A DNA stretch of 64,000 nucleotides, taken from Candidatus Uhrbacteria bacterium CG_4_9_14_3_um_filter_41_35. Lineage in GTDB: Bacteria > Patescibacteriota > Patescibacteriia > UBA9934. Location of the stretch: contig PFWT01000009.1 in NCBI GenBank assembly GCA_002791275.1, positions 72,797-136,796 on the forward strand. The letters run 5' to 3'. A model generated the notes under the pieces. That model had not been told where the DNA came from. It worked only from the letters and a program-made list of their open reading frames with translations, and did not search any database. A program made the translations under genes and the position numbers. Below, one piece after another: positions 41,416 to 51,772 of this stretch; positions within the stretch are counted from its first letter, which is position 1; the number at the start of each line of letters is the position of its first letter.

Positions 41416-43149
41416 ATGTTTGCCGAAATTTATCCTTTGGTAAGAATGCCGAGGAGGTTCGGTCATTTTGATTATTCTATTCCTGCTAATCTTTCGCTTC
41501 AGGCAGGAGATTTGGTCGAAATAAGTTTCCGAAATAGAATCATTCGCGGAGTTGTAAAAAAAACTAAGGCAACGACTACTGTTAAAAAAACTTTACCCGT
41601 AGTTTCAATTCTGATAAAGAATTTAATGAATGCAGATGATATTGCACGATTTGAAACAATTGCCCGCGCCGTAGTTCAATCACCATCAACGATTCTTCAC
41701 AGTGCACTTGGTCAACTTCGTAACCGTAATAACTTAGTCCAGTCCAATGTTTTTAAGAGCCAACCTTTTTCGGTTTCAAAAGAAATTGTAAAAGATATTC
41801 AAAAAATCTTAAAGGATACGAACGAGGATGTTAACGAAGTATTTTTTCAAACCTCAAACGAAGGTGCCTTTGCGCTGATTTCAGTTTTACGAAAAAAATT
41901 CAAAAATCAAATCCTGATCGTTGCACCACGAGAAAAATTAACCACTGAACTCATAGGGTTAATCGACCTAGGCGATTCCGCCCAAATCTTGCACGGTCAC
42001 ACTAAACCCAGGGATCGAGAAGCGATAATTAAGGCCTGGGCACAAGGTACAATTAAAACCCTAATTGGTAGTCGCCAGGTGTCAACCTTGCCAGCAAAAA
42101 AAATTGATGCAATTATAATTCTCGAAAGCGCCAGCGACGACTACACCCATCTTGAAAGAAATCCCAGAGTGGACCCAAGACGAGCTGTTGAACTGCTCAA
42201 AACTCAGCACTCCGCAAAACTGTTTTATACATCGTACGTGCCAAGCTTAGAGACAATTTACAAAAAAATTCCTTTATTTCTATGTGATCTTCCTAAACCA
42301 ATAGTGATTAATCTTGAGGCACAGGAAGAAAACATTGGCGTACCTTTTCTAACAGATCAGCTATTTAAAGCCATCTATACATCTTTACAAAACCGTAAAT
42401 CTGTGTTACTTTCATTTAACCGCAAGGGAGTTGCAAATAGACTTCAATGTGCTAAATGTGACCATATTCCAACCTGCGGTTCCTGTGGTTCAGTACCGAT
42501 TGTGCGAACTGATGATCTTGCCTGTCCTAACTGCGGAGTTGAGATGTGGATACCGGCTAAATGCCCAGGGTGCAATAGCGATCGTCTAAAACAACGTGGT
42601 ATTGGTAACAAGCGACTAAAGACAGAGATTCAAAAACAGTTTCCAGAAGTAACTGTCGGGATAGTTGATAAAAGTACTAATGAATCTAATGCAGATATAA
42701 TTATTGTTACCGAGTTTTTTTTCAAAAACTTACTCCACACCTTTCCACAAAAAAAATTCGGGGTTGTGGCAGAACTGAGTTTTGACAACGCGCTGATTGG
42801 CAATGATTTCCGGGCTTCTGAATACGCAACCTTTAAACTGTTTAGACTAATGACGATTGCCGAGCAACAAAACGCAACCTGTCTTATTCAAACTTGGGTT
42901 CCGGAGGTGGTGAGGAGCATGCTCAACATTCAAAAATATTTGCTCAGTGAACTTTCTCTGAGAGAAAAATACAGACTCCCACCAATATCTATTTTAGCTA
43001 CAATAACAAATAAGAAAGATAAACTTGAAGATACAGGGACTGTTAATCAAGAAAATCTGCCCGAATTATTTAATAAACCAGATGAAGAAACGATCTTTAT
43101 CGACACCGCATCATATGAGCCATTTAGAAGTACTGAAAAATCCGAATAA
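41416..43149 (+). CDS. priA: Primosomal protein N' (divergent helicase motifs)
   Basis: N-terminal FDYSIP, NRKG plus four CxxC motifs, GIG, LIQT; upstream of def-fmt. Confidence 0.85.
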   Translation: MFAEIYPLVRMPRRFGHFDYSIPANLSLQAGDLVEISFRNRIIRGVVKKTKATTTVKKTLPVVSILIKNLMNADDIARFETIARAVVQSPSTILHSALGQLRNRNNLVQSNVFKSQPFSVSKEIVKDIQKILKDTNEDVNEVFFQTSNEGAFALISVLRKKFKNQILIVAPREKLTTELIGLIDLGDSAQILHGHTKPRDREAIIKAWAQGTIKTLIGSRQVSTLPAKKIDAIIILESASDDYTHLERNPRVDPRRAVELLKTQHSAKLFYTSYVPSLETIYKKIPLFLCDLPKPIVINLEAQEENIGVPFLTDQLFKAIYTSLQNRKSVLLSFNRKGVANRLQCAKCDHIPTCGSCGSVPIVRTDDLACPNCGVEMWIPAKCPGCNSDRLKQRGIGNKRLKTEIQKQFPEVTVGIVDKSTNESNADIIIVTEFFFKNLLHTFPQKKFGVVAELSFDNALIGNDFRASEYATFKLFRLMTIAEQQNATCLIQTWVPEVVRSMLNIQKYLLSELSLREKYRLPPISILATITNKKDKLEDTGTVNQENLPELFNKPDEETIFIDTASYEPFRSTEKSE

Positions 43150-43603
43150 AGAGCTTCGCGAAACCTCGCGCGTGCTTTCTGTTGTGGAAATTCTTTCTGA
43201 GAAGTACCAAACCTTAGCAGACAATATGATTCAAACCACCAAAGAAGAAAATGGCGTTGGTCTTGCTGCTCCACAGATCGGTGAACATGTACGTTTAATT
43301 ATTTGTGATACTGGCAAAGAACTAGTGCCATTTTTCAACCCCATTATTACTGATTTTTCAACTAAACTAATGGTTAGCGAAGAAGGCTGTCTTTCGATTC
43401 CTGGTGTTTTTGGCTTAGTAAACCGTCATCGAACGGTTAAGGTTGAGGCGCTAACGAGAGATGGTGAGAAAATAAAGCTAACCGCAGGTGGGCTAATTTC
43501 TACTATTTTTCAACATGAAATTGATCACTTAGACGGGATTTTATTTATTGATCGAGCTACGATTTTAAAGGATGCCAAAACCGGTAAACGCATCGAGATA
43601 TAA
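43115..43603 (+). CDS. def: Peptide deformylase
   Basis: GVGLAAPQIG, EGCLS, QHEIDHLDG. Confidence 0.97.
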   Translation: MSHLEVLKNPNKELRETSRVLSVVEILSEKYQTLADNMIQTTKEENGVGLAAPQIGEHVRLIICDTGKELVPFFNPIITDFSTKLMVSEEGCLSIPGVFGLVNRHRTVKVEALTRDGEKIKLTAGGLISTIFQHEIDHLDGILFIDRATILKDAKTGKRIEI

Positions 43604-43606
43604 TTT

Positions 43607-44563
43607 ATGAATATAGTATTTTTCGGCACACCAGATTTTGCCAGAGATTTTTTAAAAGAGCTCTATGAAGATCAAGATATAAATATTTGTGCAGTCGTTG
43701 CTCAAAGTGACAAACCGGTTGGCCGAAAACAAATACTCACTCCCCCTGCTACAAAAGTATTTGCCCTGCAAAACAATATTCCAGTCTTGCAACCTGAAAA
43801 ACTTAAGGATCAAGCGGTACTAGAAGAGCTCAAGAAGTTTAATGCTGATATTTTTGTTATCGTGGCCTACGGAAAAATTATTCCACAAAATATTCTAGAT
43901 ATACCAAAACTTGGTAATATAAACGTTCACCCTTCAAAATTACCAAAATATCGCGGTCCTTCACCTTTACAGGCTGTAATTGAGGCCGGAGATTCAGAAA
44001 CTGCAATTTCAGTAATGTTAATCGATGATAAAATGGACCACGGTCCTTTACTAGCTCAGCAAACTCTAAAACTCGATGCACAAGAAACGCCGGAAACGCT
44101 ACGTGCTAAAGTTGTAACGATTGGCAGTCCACTCTTGGTAGCCACACTAAAAAATTTCGTTGCAGGTAAAATCATCCCACAAGATCAAGATCACGAAAAA
44201 GCAACTTTCTGTAAACTGCTCGAAAAAGAAGATGGTGAAATAGACTGGCACATACCAGCTGAAATCATAGAACGTCGGCGCAGAGCATACGATCCTTGGC
44301 CGGGCGTCTACACCAATTTAAGTTTCGAAGATGCGGGTAAGGTTCAGAAAATAAAAATCCACTCCTTGAAATTTATTAGTCCGGATTGGTTTAGTGAAAG
44401 TCTAAAGCCTGGTGAGGTCCGAATTTATGAAAAAAGACTACTTGTCGGAACCGCAACAGTGCCAATTGAGATATTAAAACTTCAACCTGAAAACAAAGCA
44501 GTTATGGACGCAAAAGCCTACATTAATGGCAATCAGGAAATCAATGGAAAAATACTTGGGTAA
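43607..44563 (+). CDS. fmt: Methionyl-tRNA formyltransferase
   Basis: FFGTPDFA, NVHPSKLPKYRGPSP. Confidence 0.96.
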   Translation: MNIVFFGTPDFARDFLKELYEDQDINICAVVAQSDKPVGRKQILTPPATKVFALQNNIPVLQPEKLKDQAVLEELKKFNADIFVIVAYGKIIPQNILDIPKLGNINVHPSKLPKYRGPSPLQAVIEAGDSETAISVMLIDDKMDHGPLLAQQTLKLDAQETPETLRAKVVTIGSPLLVATLKNFVAGKIIPQDQDHEKATFCKLLEKEDGEIDWHIPAEIIERRRRAYDPWPGVYTNLSFEDAGKVQKIKIHSLKFISPDWFSESLKPGEVRIYEKRLLVGTATVPIEILKLQPENKAVMDAKAYINGNQEINGKILG

Positions 44564-44636
44564 ACCCAAGTATTTTTAATAAAAAAATCCGTCATTCCTG
44601 ACAGATTGAGCCGTGAGTTAAGTTAACGAACCCGCG

Positions 44637-45221
44637 TCATCCCTGCGTTTCTCGCTGTAACTCCAGCCAGTCGTCGCGCATAATGGCGAGAACTACCTCA
44701 TCGAGATATTTTCCAGTCCTAAAAACCTTTTTCCGCAGAAGTCCCTCTCGAACATAGCCACAGGCTTCCTGGCATTTGATTGAGGCTTTGTTTTCTGCAA
44801 TGACAGCCGTTTCGATTCGGCGAAGGTTCATTTCCATAAAGGCATGCCTGAGCAGAAGCTTTTTTGCCTCCTTGGCGTAACCCTTATTCCAACAATCAAC
44901 CTCACCGATCATTGTTCCCGTGGTTCCAGTACGATCAATCCAGTTGATATTGTGGATTCCCATAGTCCCAATAGCACGGTCGGCTTCCTTCAGAACAATA
45001 ACAAATATACGGTGGTTGGCTGATCCCATCATTTGCCTCAGGAACTCAGCCTCCTGCAGTTTCGAAATCGGACCTCGAGTAACAAGGTATCTTCGCACCT
45101 CTGGGTCATTAATCCATCTTTGGAAATTGTGAACATCCTCCATCTCAATCGGGCGAAGGTACAGCCGATCACCATCAAGAAATAAGACTCGACTACGCTT
45201 CGATACGTTAATCTTGTTCAT
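44637..45221 (-). CDS. GNAT N-acetyltransferase (RimJ/RimL family)
   Basis: RLYLRP, WNKGYAKEA, NKASIK, GYVREGLLR. Confidence 0.88.
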   Translation of the reverse strand: MNKINVSKRSRVLFLDGDRLYLRPIEMEDVHNFQRWINDPEVRRYLVTRGPISKLQEAEFLRQMMGSANHRIFVIVLKEADRAIGTMGIHNINWIDRTGTTGTMIGEVDCWNKGYAKEAKKLLLRHAFMEMNLRRIETAVIAENKASIKCQEACGYVREGLLRKKVFRTGKYLDEVVLAIMRDDWLELQRETQG

Positions 45222-45275
45222 CTTACCTCCAGTAGTTGAGGTTAACAGTTTTTTTTTCTAATGTCAAGCATTTTA

Positions 45276-46889
45276 TCAGCCTTCAATCTTGCTACCTAAG
45301 ACTGGGCTCATCTTTACAACATTTCTGACCTGAGCTATTTGTGTCTTTTTACTCATTAAACGTTTCTTTTCCATACCTTTAAAATCTATAAAAGGCACCA
45401 CGAAAATCATATATGCGAAACCTATTGGATGATTCAAATAAGGTGAGAAGATATTACTGATAAACAAAATTACGAGTCCACCACCTAAACCTAAAACTAG
45501 CCAACTATGACCGTGATTGTTCATTGTAAAACGCACTCCAACCATCATTACGGCAAAATACCAGGCAAAAGCAATTAAGCCCAAAATTCCCATCTTCAAC
45601 CACAAATCCTGGTACCCCCACTCAAATCTATAAGTAGTCACCACCCCACCCTCATAAGCTGACCGCACACGAGGATCGTCTGAGGTATAAGTAACTTCAT
45701 GGCCAAAGCCATTACCTACAATCGGTGCCTGCCATATGTCTGTCATCATTGGTGTAAGTAGTGACCAGCGACTCGAAACAGCTACCTCCCTATTGGTATC
45801 TGACGAGGTCGAATAAAAAACGGCGTCTTGTATATTTGGCTGAGCAGGAAATGGAAAAATAACCGTAAACAATGCTAGACCAAAACCTAATAAACCTAAA
45901 CCGATTGCCTTAAATAATCTTTTTCCAATATTGAAAATTGGCCTCTTACCCTCAAAAAAAGCTAGGCACCAAATAATAAACAATGCGCTACCAAGTCCCA
46001 ATATAAAACTTCGAGACATCGATAAGAGAGTGGTAGAAACTGTACCAATTACTAAAATCGAAACTAAATCAGGTAGTTTTTGATTACGCCACATAATCAT
46101 CATACTTGAAAATAATACCGAAAGCGCAATCACAACAAATATTTGCGATTGCATAAATATTCGGTACCAGTACCCACTACCACCAAGGAGTTGTGCGCCT
46201 AAATGATTAGTAACCTCCCCATTATTATTAGCAACTGTTTGTAATGTAACCTCTGCTAAGCGCGAATCGCGCACAAATGTGTAGATGTGACTCAAAATTT
46301 TACCATCAAGGTGCGTAAACAAATATGAAAGTAGGAGCGTGAATATAACCAGCCAAACAGTGGAGCCTGTAAAAACTTGCAGTAGCTCCCGTTTTTTTAA
46401 TTGATTCCAGTTTATAGAAATGACCGGCAATAAATAAAAAATTGTTAAATATCCGTTCATGTCATCGAACGCTTTTGAAAAATCATTTTTTAAAAAACCA
46501 ACCCCAGTCCCCAAAACAATGGCAACGAGTAAAATGAGCCAAGGTGTGTCTCTGAACGAATCAAACTTAATTGTGAGCTTCTTAGTTAACAGAAGGTAGA
46601 GCCAAGCTAGCATCACCGCTGAAAAAATCACAATTCTAATTGAAACCGAAAAACCCAAAATAGACGCTTCAATCAAGTGCCCATGACCACCCACAAAAAT
46701 TTCAGTGAACGCAAGTAAAAGCCCAGTGGAAAGAGATTCTTTCGATACAAAAAGTGTTATTAAACTAATTCCGATTAAAACTGGCAGTTCAAACCCAGAA
46801 CCTCTCACTACAATCGCTATTAAGTGCATCCCCACTATTAGCAGAAGTATTTGCCAAGTTAGTTTCCCAAAGAATTGTTTTGAAAACAT
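45276..46889 (-). CDS. O-antigen ligase/polymerase family membrane protein
   Basis: Multi-TM; LSMSRS, PIVGNGFG, WLKMGILG; within glycosyltransferase cluster. Confidence 0.75.
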   Translation of the reverse strand: MFSKQFFGKLTWQILLLIVGMHLIAIVVRGSGFELPVLIGISLITLFVSKESLSTGLLLAFTEIFVGGHGHLIEASILGFSVSIRIVIFSAVMLAWLYLLLTKKLTIKFDSFRDTPWLILLVAIVLGTGVGFLKNDFSKAFDDMNGYLTIFYLLPVISINWNQLKKRELLQVFTGSTVWLVIFTLLLSYLFTHLDGKILSHIYTFVRDSRLAEVTLQTVANNNGEVTNHLGAQLLGGSGYWYRIFMQSQIFVVIALSVLFSSMMIMWRNQKLPDLVSILVIGTVSTTLLSMSRSFILGLGSALFIIWCLAFFEGKRPIFNIGKRLFKAIGLGLLGFGLALFTVIFPFPAQPNIQDAVFYSTSSDTNREVAVSSRWSLLTPMMTDIWQAPIVGNGFGHEVTYTSDDPRVRSAYEGGVVTTYRFEWGYQDLWLKMGILGLIAFAWYFAVMMVGVRFTMNNHGHSWLVLGLGGGLVILFISNIFSPYLNHPIGFAYMIFVVPFIDFKGMEKKRLMSKKTQIAQVRNVVKMSPVLGSKIEG

Positions 46890-46908
46890 ATTTATAAATA
46901 AATATAAA

Positions 46909-47793
46909 CTATTTTTTTATAAGTGCTACAAGGTGACCAAGCCCGATAAAGACTGGTGATAAAATCCACAAAAATAGCCAAGCTGGAATGCCGACGTGTT
47001 TTTTTACATATTTTCGCAAACTCTCCCGCATCCACTTCTGTTTTTTCAGTGTCGGGATTTGCTCAAACATATGGCCTTTAATATGAGTGATCTCCGTATC
47101 CGAATAGTGTCTTATTTTCCAGCCAGCATCGTGGGCCATTTTGCAATAATCCACTTCTTCAAACCAAATAAAATATCGTTCATCAAAATAGCCAATATCA
47201 TTAATAAGTTCCCGGCGAATCCACATAAACGCACCCATTATCGAATCCACATCTTGAGTTTCAAGCGGATCTGCGTCCCGCATCATATATTTATCCACGG
47301 CTTTGGTTTTCAAAAAATGCGGAACTTTCAGCATTACCAAAGTCTGATCTAACAGTTTTGGGAATCTGCGGATACTGTCCTGTATCTCACCGCCCGGGTA
47401 CTTAATCAAACAACTGCCAACGCCAACCTCTGGATTATGATCGAGTTTTTCTGCCATCTGCGCTAAAACGCTTTCACCGAATTTTGTGTCGGGGTTAAGA
47501 AGCAACATATAGCGTGCCAAACCTCGTTTCATTCCTAAATTAACCGCTGCTGCAAATCCAAGGTTGGCACTGTTCTTAATATATTTTGCGTAGCTGTATT
47601 GTTTTACTAGTGCCTCAGTATCTTCACGACCCGCGTTGTCGACCACGATCATCTCATATTTAATATCAACCGACATTTCAACGGAGTCAAAGCACTGTTT
47701 TAACAGCTCAAGCTCTTCTTTATAAGTTACAATAACAATCGAAACATCGGGTACTTCACTGTCGAGGATTGGCTTGATTTCGTTTTCAATCAT
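46909..47793 (-). CDS. Glycosyltransferase family 2
   Basis: SIVIVTY, VVDNA, NLGFAAAVN, LLNPD, FEEVDYC. Confidence 0.92.
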   Translation of the reverse strand: MIENEIKPILDSEVPDVSIVIVTYKEELELLKQCFDSVEMSVDIKYEMIVVDNAGREDTEALVKQYSYAKYIKNSANLGFAAAVNLGMKRGLARYMLLLNPDTKFGESVLAQMAEKLDHNPEVGVGSCLIKYPGGEIQDSIRRFPKLLDQTLVMLKVPHFLKTKAVDKYMMRDADPLETQDVDSIMGAFMWIRRELINDIGYFDERYFIWFEEVDYCKMAHDAGWKIRHYSDTEITHIKGHMFEQIPTLKKQKWMRESLRKYVKKHVGIPAWLFLWILSPVFIGLGHLVALIKK

Positions 47794-47797
47794 ATAG

Positions 47798-48796
47798 TTA
47801 TATCAATTTTTGTAATTTTTGAAACTGAGCTTCAGCCGTAAACTCGGCCAGTGTTCTATCTCTACCCGCGAGACCCATTTTTAGACATAAACTTTGGTTC
47901 TCGACAAGTCTTATAATCGCGGATTTGAGTTCTTCTTGACTATCATTGATTAAAATCCCTGTCTCGTTATCTAAAACAGCCTCATCTACACCTGGATGGT
48001 TTACTGCAATTGACGGTAATCCAAATAAGCCTGCTTCTAAATAGACTATGCCAAAACCCTCTCGGTCGGTGTTTGTTTTGGAAGTTGGCATCACAAAAAT
48101 ATCTGCTTCTTTGTAAATTTCCGGTAGATCTTCATCTGCAACTTCTGTTCGTAGTTCCACCTGATCTTCAAGTTTATACTCCGCTATTTTTTTCAAAATT
48201 TCAGTTTTCATTTCACCGTCGCCAACAATGAGATATTTTACATCTCTTAAATTCTTCAATACTTCAAGGATCTTCAAATGACCCTTCCGCTCAACTAAAC
48301 GACCAACTGTTAATAGTTTTACGGTTTTTCGATTTAGGCGGTTAGGAATATGGGATGTTTTGATTAAAGCGTCAGATACTACCGGGTACACAACCAGTGA
48401 ATCTACTCCACAAAATTTCTTTACTTCGTTTGCGAGCGCCTGCGAATTTACAGTGACCACTTTTGCTTTTTTTAGAATTTTCCGAGCAAAATAAGCTCTA
48501 GCAATATTCCTTCGAGCTAAATCAAAGTCCATACCGTGTAACATTACTAAGTATGGTTTACGGATCTTTCTAAGTGCGTTTCCAATCGGATATATGTGAC
48601 TCGTCCAGATTTCGTCGTAATCTACCGCAAGCGTTTGTATTTTTTTAACTAATTTCTTTCCTCGTGGAAAATTCGTTGGCCAATATTTAATCACAATATT
48701 TTCGCCCAAAACCTGCTTAAGTGCAGATAAATAGCGTGCAACCCCACCTCTTTGAGGTGTAAAATCAGGCGTTGGAAGTAATATCCTCTTCGACAT
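47798..48796 (-). CDS. Glycosyltransferase family 4
   Basis: VGRLVERKG, EGFGIVYLEA. Confidence 0.92.
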   Translation of the reverse strand: MSKRILLPTPDFTPQRGGVARYLSALKQVLGENIVIKYWPTNFPRGKKLVKKIQTLAVDYDEIWTSHIYPIGNALRKIRKPYLVMLHGMDFDLARRNIARAYFARKILKKAKVVTVNSQALANEVKKFCGVDSLVVYPVVSDALIKTSHIPNRLNRKTVKLLTVGRLVERKGHLKILEVLKNLRDVKYLIVGDGEMKTEILKKIAEYKLEDQVELRTEVADEDLPEIYKEADIFVMPTSKTNTDREGFGIVYLEAGLFGLPSIAVNHPGVDEAVLDNETGILINDSQEELKSAIIRLVENQSLCLKMGLAGRDRTLAEFTAEAQFQKLQKLI

Positions 48797-50237
48797 AACC
48801 TGCTTTTTTAAAAATTAAATTTTTAAAAGTTTTGAAGTGCTCTAAAGTTAAAGACTTAAATAAAAATGCAGCAGTAATATAAACAATTGCACCTATTGGC
48901 ACAGCGAGTGAAAAATGAATGTAAGGTTTTATTAGGATAACTGCAAACGCCATTAATAACGCTGATATGAGCAATCCGCCTGTTTGTTTAAAGAGGTCTT
49001 TCAAAGAAATATTGATAGCTTTTTTAGCAAACAACCAACCGCTCAAAAACATAAAACTAAAACTTACAAGAGCAGAAATACTAGCGCCTGAAGTGCCATA
49101 ATTTGGAATCAAAATAAGATTCATTATTACATTTATAATCATCGTAACCCCCATTACAGCGGTCTTTATGTAGTGTCGGTTTGTAGCATTTAAAAGTGAA
49201 CCAACTGGAAAATCAAGGAATATAGGGATTAGACCAAAAACCAGAATTTGAAGCGGTAAAATTGAGTTCAAAAACTCTGCTCCATAAAAAGCTTGAATAA
49301 TTTCAGGCGCTATCGACCAAAGACCAAAAACTATTGGAAAACCAAGTAAGGCCATATACCAAAAAGCACTTAGCAGTGTTTGCTTGAGCGCTAGTTTATC
49401 TTCAGCTTGTGCACTCATTGTTGGGTAAAGCGCTGCTACGAAAGCGAGTGGTAGGAACTGAAAGGCATATGTTAACTTATACGCAACTGCATACTCACCA
49501 ACTGCTATATCCCCCACTACTTTTGATAAAATCAGTGAGTCAACATAAGAATAAACTTTAACAAAAATTGCAGCTAAAAAGAATGCAAAAGACATCGAAA
49601 GCACCTTCTTGCTCATACTTAGTTTTGGCACAAGCGCTTCCCAGCCTAAATAGCGAACAATCTGAACAGAGCTAAAAAACATATTCCAAACACTCCCGAG
49701 AAGCAATGCCAAAATTAGCAAAGGTAAAGTTACATTATCTGTTGCTATTAAAATTATTCCAACAACAAGGGTTAGTGATTGACCGACAAATATTCCAATC
49801 GATTCATATTTTAGATTTTGCAAACCTCGCATTACTCCAAAACAAGTAACCGTCACCGCGTCCGCAATCATTACTAGAGTTGCAATATGAACTAGTTTTA
49901 TAACATCTGCATCATAGTGCAGAAATATTGGGGTAAAGTATGTTAAAACAGCTGCCAGTGGTATGAAAAATAATTTTAAACCAATAACATTTCTAACCCA
50001 AATTTTAGCATCCTCCTTAGCCTTAGCTACTTCACGAATTACCACCGAAGTTAAGCCAAAATCCGTAACTGCCTGAAAAACCATTGTAACTGCAATAGCT
50101 AAAAAGTATTTCCCAGTTCCCTCAACTCCAATTGAGCGCGCGATAATTGTAAAATAAATAAAAGAAATAGCCTTAACAGCTACCATTGCCATGGTATAGT
50201 ACATGGTATTTTTAGCGAGTTTTGGTGAAGTTGACAT
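48765..50237 (-). CDS. Wzx-type polysaccharide flippase
   Basis: Many TM helices; DFGL, VGEYAVAYK, LIPNYG..GA. Confidence 0.88.
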   Translation of the reverse strand: MSTSPKLAKNTMYYTMAMVAVKAISFIYFTIIARSIGVEGTGKYFLAIAVTMVFQAVTDFGLTSVVIREVAKAKEDAKIWVRNVIGLKLFFIPLAAVLTYFTPIFLHYDADVIKLVHIATLVMIADAVTVTCFGVMRGLQNLKYESIGIFVGQSLTLVVGIILIATDNVTLPLLILALLLGSVWNMFFSSVQIVRYLGWEALVPKLSMSKKVLSMSFAFFLAAIFVKVYSYVDSLILSKVVGDIAVGEYAVAYKLTYAFQFLPLAFVAALYPTMSAQAEDKLALKQTLLSAFWYMALLGFPIVFGLWSIAPEIIQAFYGAEFLNSILPLQILVFGLIPIFLDFPVGSLLNATNRHYIKTAVMGVTMIINVIMNLILIPNYGTSGASISALVSFSFMFLSGWLFAKKAINISLKDLFKQTGGLLISALLMAFAVILIKPYIHFSLAVPIGAIVYITAAFLFKSLTLEHFKTFKNLIFKKAGYVEEDITSNA

Positions 50238-50324
50238 GCGGATATAATACGTCAGTTATCCCTTTCTATCAAGTAATTTATTGACTATTTAACCGAATCC
50301 GATACTATAAATAAGGGGTGTGGA

Positions 50325-50603
50325 ATGAAGTACTCAAGCCTTGAAGACACAATTAGAGAATTTCGTGTCCTGGTGTATTTAATGTATGTTGTTGCAACAC
50401 TGTTTATTACTGCCTATCTACTTAGCTCGTTTCATAAACATGAGGCACAGCCGATCTTCTACCTATTTCCTGGACTCGTGTTCCTGATAATTAGCCATTA
50501 TTTTGCAACCCAGTATTTTACCAAGGATCACGCATACAGGCTGACAACACTCACCTGCTATACTACCTTCTTGATGATTGTAGCAATTGCAGTCATTTTC
50601 TAA
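50325..50603 (+). CDS. Small hypothetical membrane protein
   Basis: Three hydrophobic segments; own TTGACT promoter and downstream hairpin. Confidence 0.6.
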   Translation: MKYSSLEDTIREFRVLVYLMYVVATLFITAYLLSSFHKHEAQPIFYLFPGLVFLIISHYFATQYFTKDHAYRLTTLTCYTTFLMIVAIAVIF

Positions 50604-50630
50604 CCCAGCTACGCTGTGGTTTTTTTGTAC

Positions 50631-50660
50631 AAAAAAAATCCCCTTTTGGGGATTTTTTTT
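50631..50660. terminator. Terminator of the ribosomal protein operon
   Basis: AAAAAAAATCCCC-tttt-GGGGATTTTTTTT. Confidence 0.8.
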
Positions 50661-50664
50661 GAAT

Positions 50665-51060
50665 TTATCGTTTTCGCCACTGTTGTGAACGTCGAGCTTT
50701 TCGAAGTCCAGGTTTCTTTCTTTCTTTTACTCGAGCATCTCGAGTAAGAAGTCCAGTAGCCTTAATAGCAGCCTTTAGTTCCTCATCCATTTTTACAAGT
50801 GCGCGCGCAACTCCAAGTCTCACAGCGTCTGCTTGTCCCTTCATTCCACCACCTAAAACTCTAACAGTAATGTCAACGGTTTCAGTCTTACCAACTCCAA
50901 TAAGTGGTAGTGCGGCAATCTCTTGAGTTGCAGCAGTGTGGAAGTATTCCTTTAGCTCTTTGTCGTTTACGGAGAATTTTCCAGTTCCGGCTGGGTAAAG
51001 TCTTACCTGAGCAGTAGCTTCTTTCCGTCGACCTATTGCTTGTACGTATGTTTCAGCCAT
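50665..51060 (-). CDS. rpsI: 30S ribosomal protein S9
   Basis: GRRKEATA, GGG..GQADA, LTRDARVKERKKPG. Confidence 0.97.
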   Translation of the reverse strand: MAETYVQAIGRRKEATAQVRLYPAGTGKFSVNDKELKEYFHTAATQEIAALPLIGVGKTETVDITVRVLGGGMKGQADAVRLGVARALVKMDEELKAAIKATGLLTRDARVKERKKPGLRKARRSQQWRKR

Positions 51061-51061
51061 A

Positions 51062-51418
51062 TTATGAAATATTCAATCGATTCATTCGCTCAACTCGGTG
51101 CTTGTTTTTAGGAAGCATTCGTGAAACTGCGAACTCTAGGACCTTTCGTGGATCTTCCGCGAAAATTGCTCCCATTACCTTTGTTGTAAGTCCACCTGGA
51201 TAACCAGAGTGACGGTAATATTGTTTCTGATTAAGCTTTTTACCAGTGATTTTAACCTTTGCGATATTTTCTACCACAATTACATCTCCAGCATCGATAT
51301 GAGCCTGGTATGTTGGCTTGTGCTTTCCAATAAGGTGGGTTGCAATATCAGTTGCAATTCTTCCCAAAGTCTTATCGGTTGCATCAACCTTATAAGTATC
51401 TCTATTTACTGTAGTCAT
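51062..51418 (-). CDS. rplM: 50S ribosomal protein L13 (short)
   Basis: LGRIAT, GKHKP, YYRHSGYPGG, MLPKN. Confidence 0.96.
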   Translation of the reverse strand: MTTVNRDTYKVDATDKTLGRIATDIATHLIGKHKPTYQAHIDAGDVIVVENIAKVKITGKKLNQKQYYRHSGYPGGLTTKVMGAIFAEDPRKVLEFAVSRMLPKNKHRVERMNRLNIS

Positions 51419-51419
51419 A

Positions 51420-51770
51420 TTAAACTAGTTCTAAAATTACAACTTCAGCTCCATCTCCCTTACGGTGACCCATCTTAACGATTCGAGTATATCCACCGTT
51501 TCGGTCCTTGTACTTAGGTACAATAACCTCAAGAAGCTTGTTTACCGGCTGTTCTGTTGTAAAGAAAGCTAGTAAATTTCGTCGTGCTGCTAGGTTATCC
51601 TTTTTTGCGGCTGTAATTAGCTTCTCAACAACTTGTTGAGTTACCTTCGCCTTTCCAAGTGTAAGCTTGATTCTATCGTAGATAATTACGCTAGTTGCAA
51701 GATCACGAAGAAGAGCTTTCCGAGCGGATACCTTTCTTTTTAATGTTTTTGTAGTATTTCGATGTCGCAT
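51420..51770 (-). CDS. rplQ: 50S ribosomal protein L17
   Basis: MRHR, RNGGYTRI, RKGDGA. Confidence 0.97.
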   Translation of the reverse strand: MRHRNTTKTLKRKVSARKALLRDLATSVIIYDRIKLTLGKAKVTQQVVEKLITAAKKDNLAARRNLLAFFTTEQPVNKLLEVIVPKYKDRNGGYTRIVKMGHRKGDGAEVVILELV

Positions 51771-51772
51771 AT

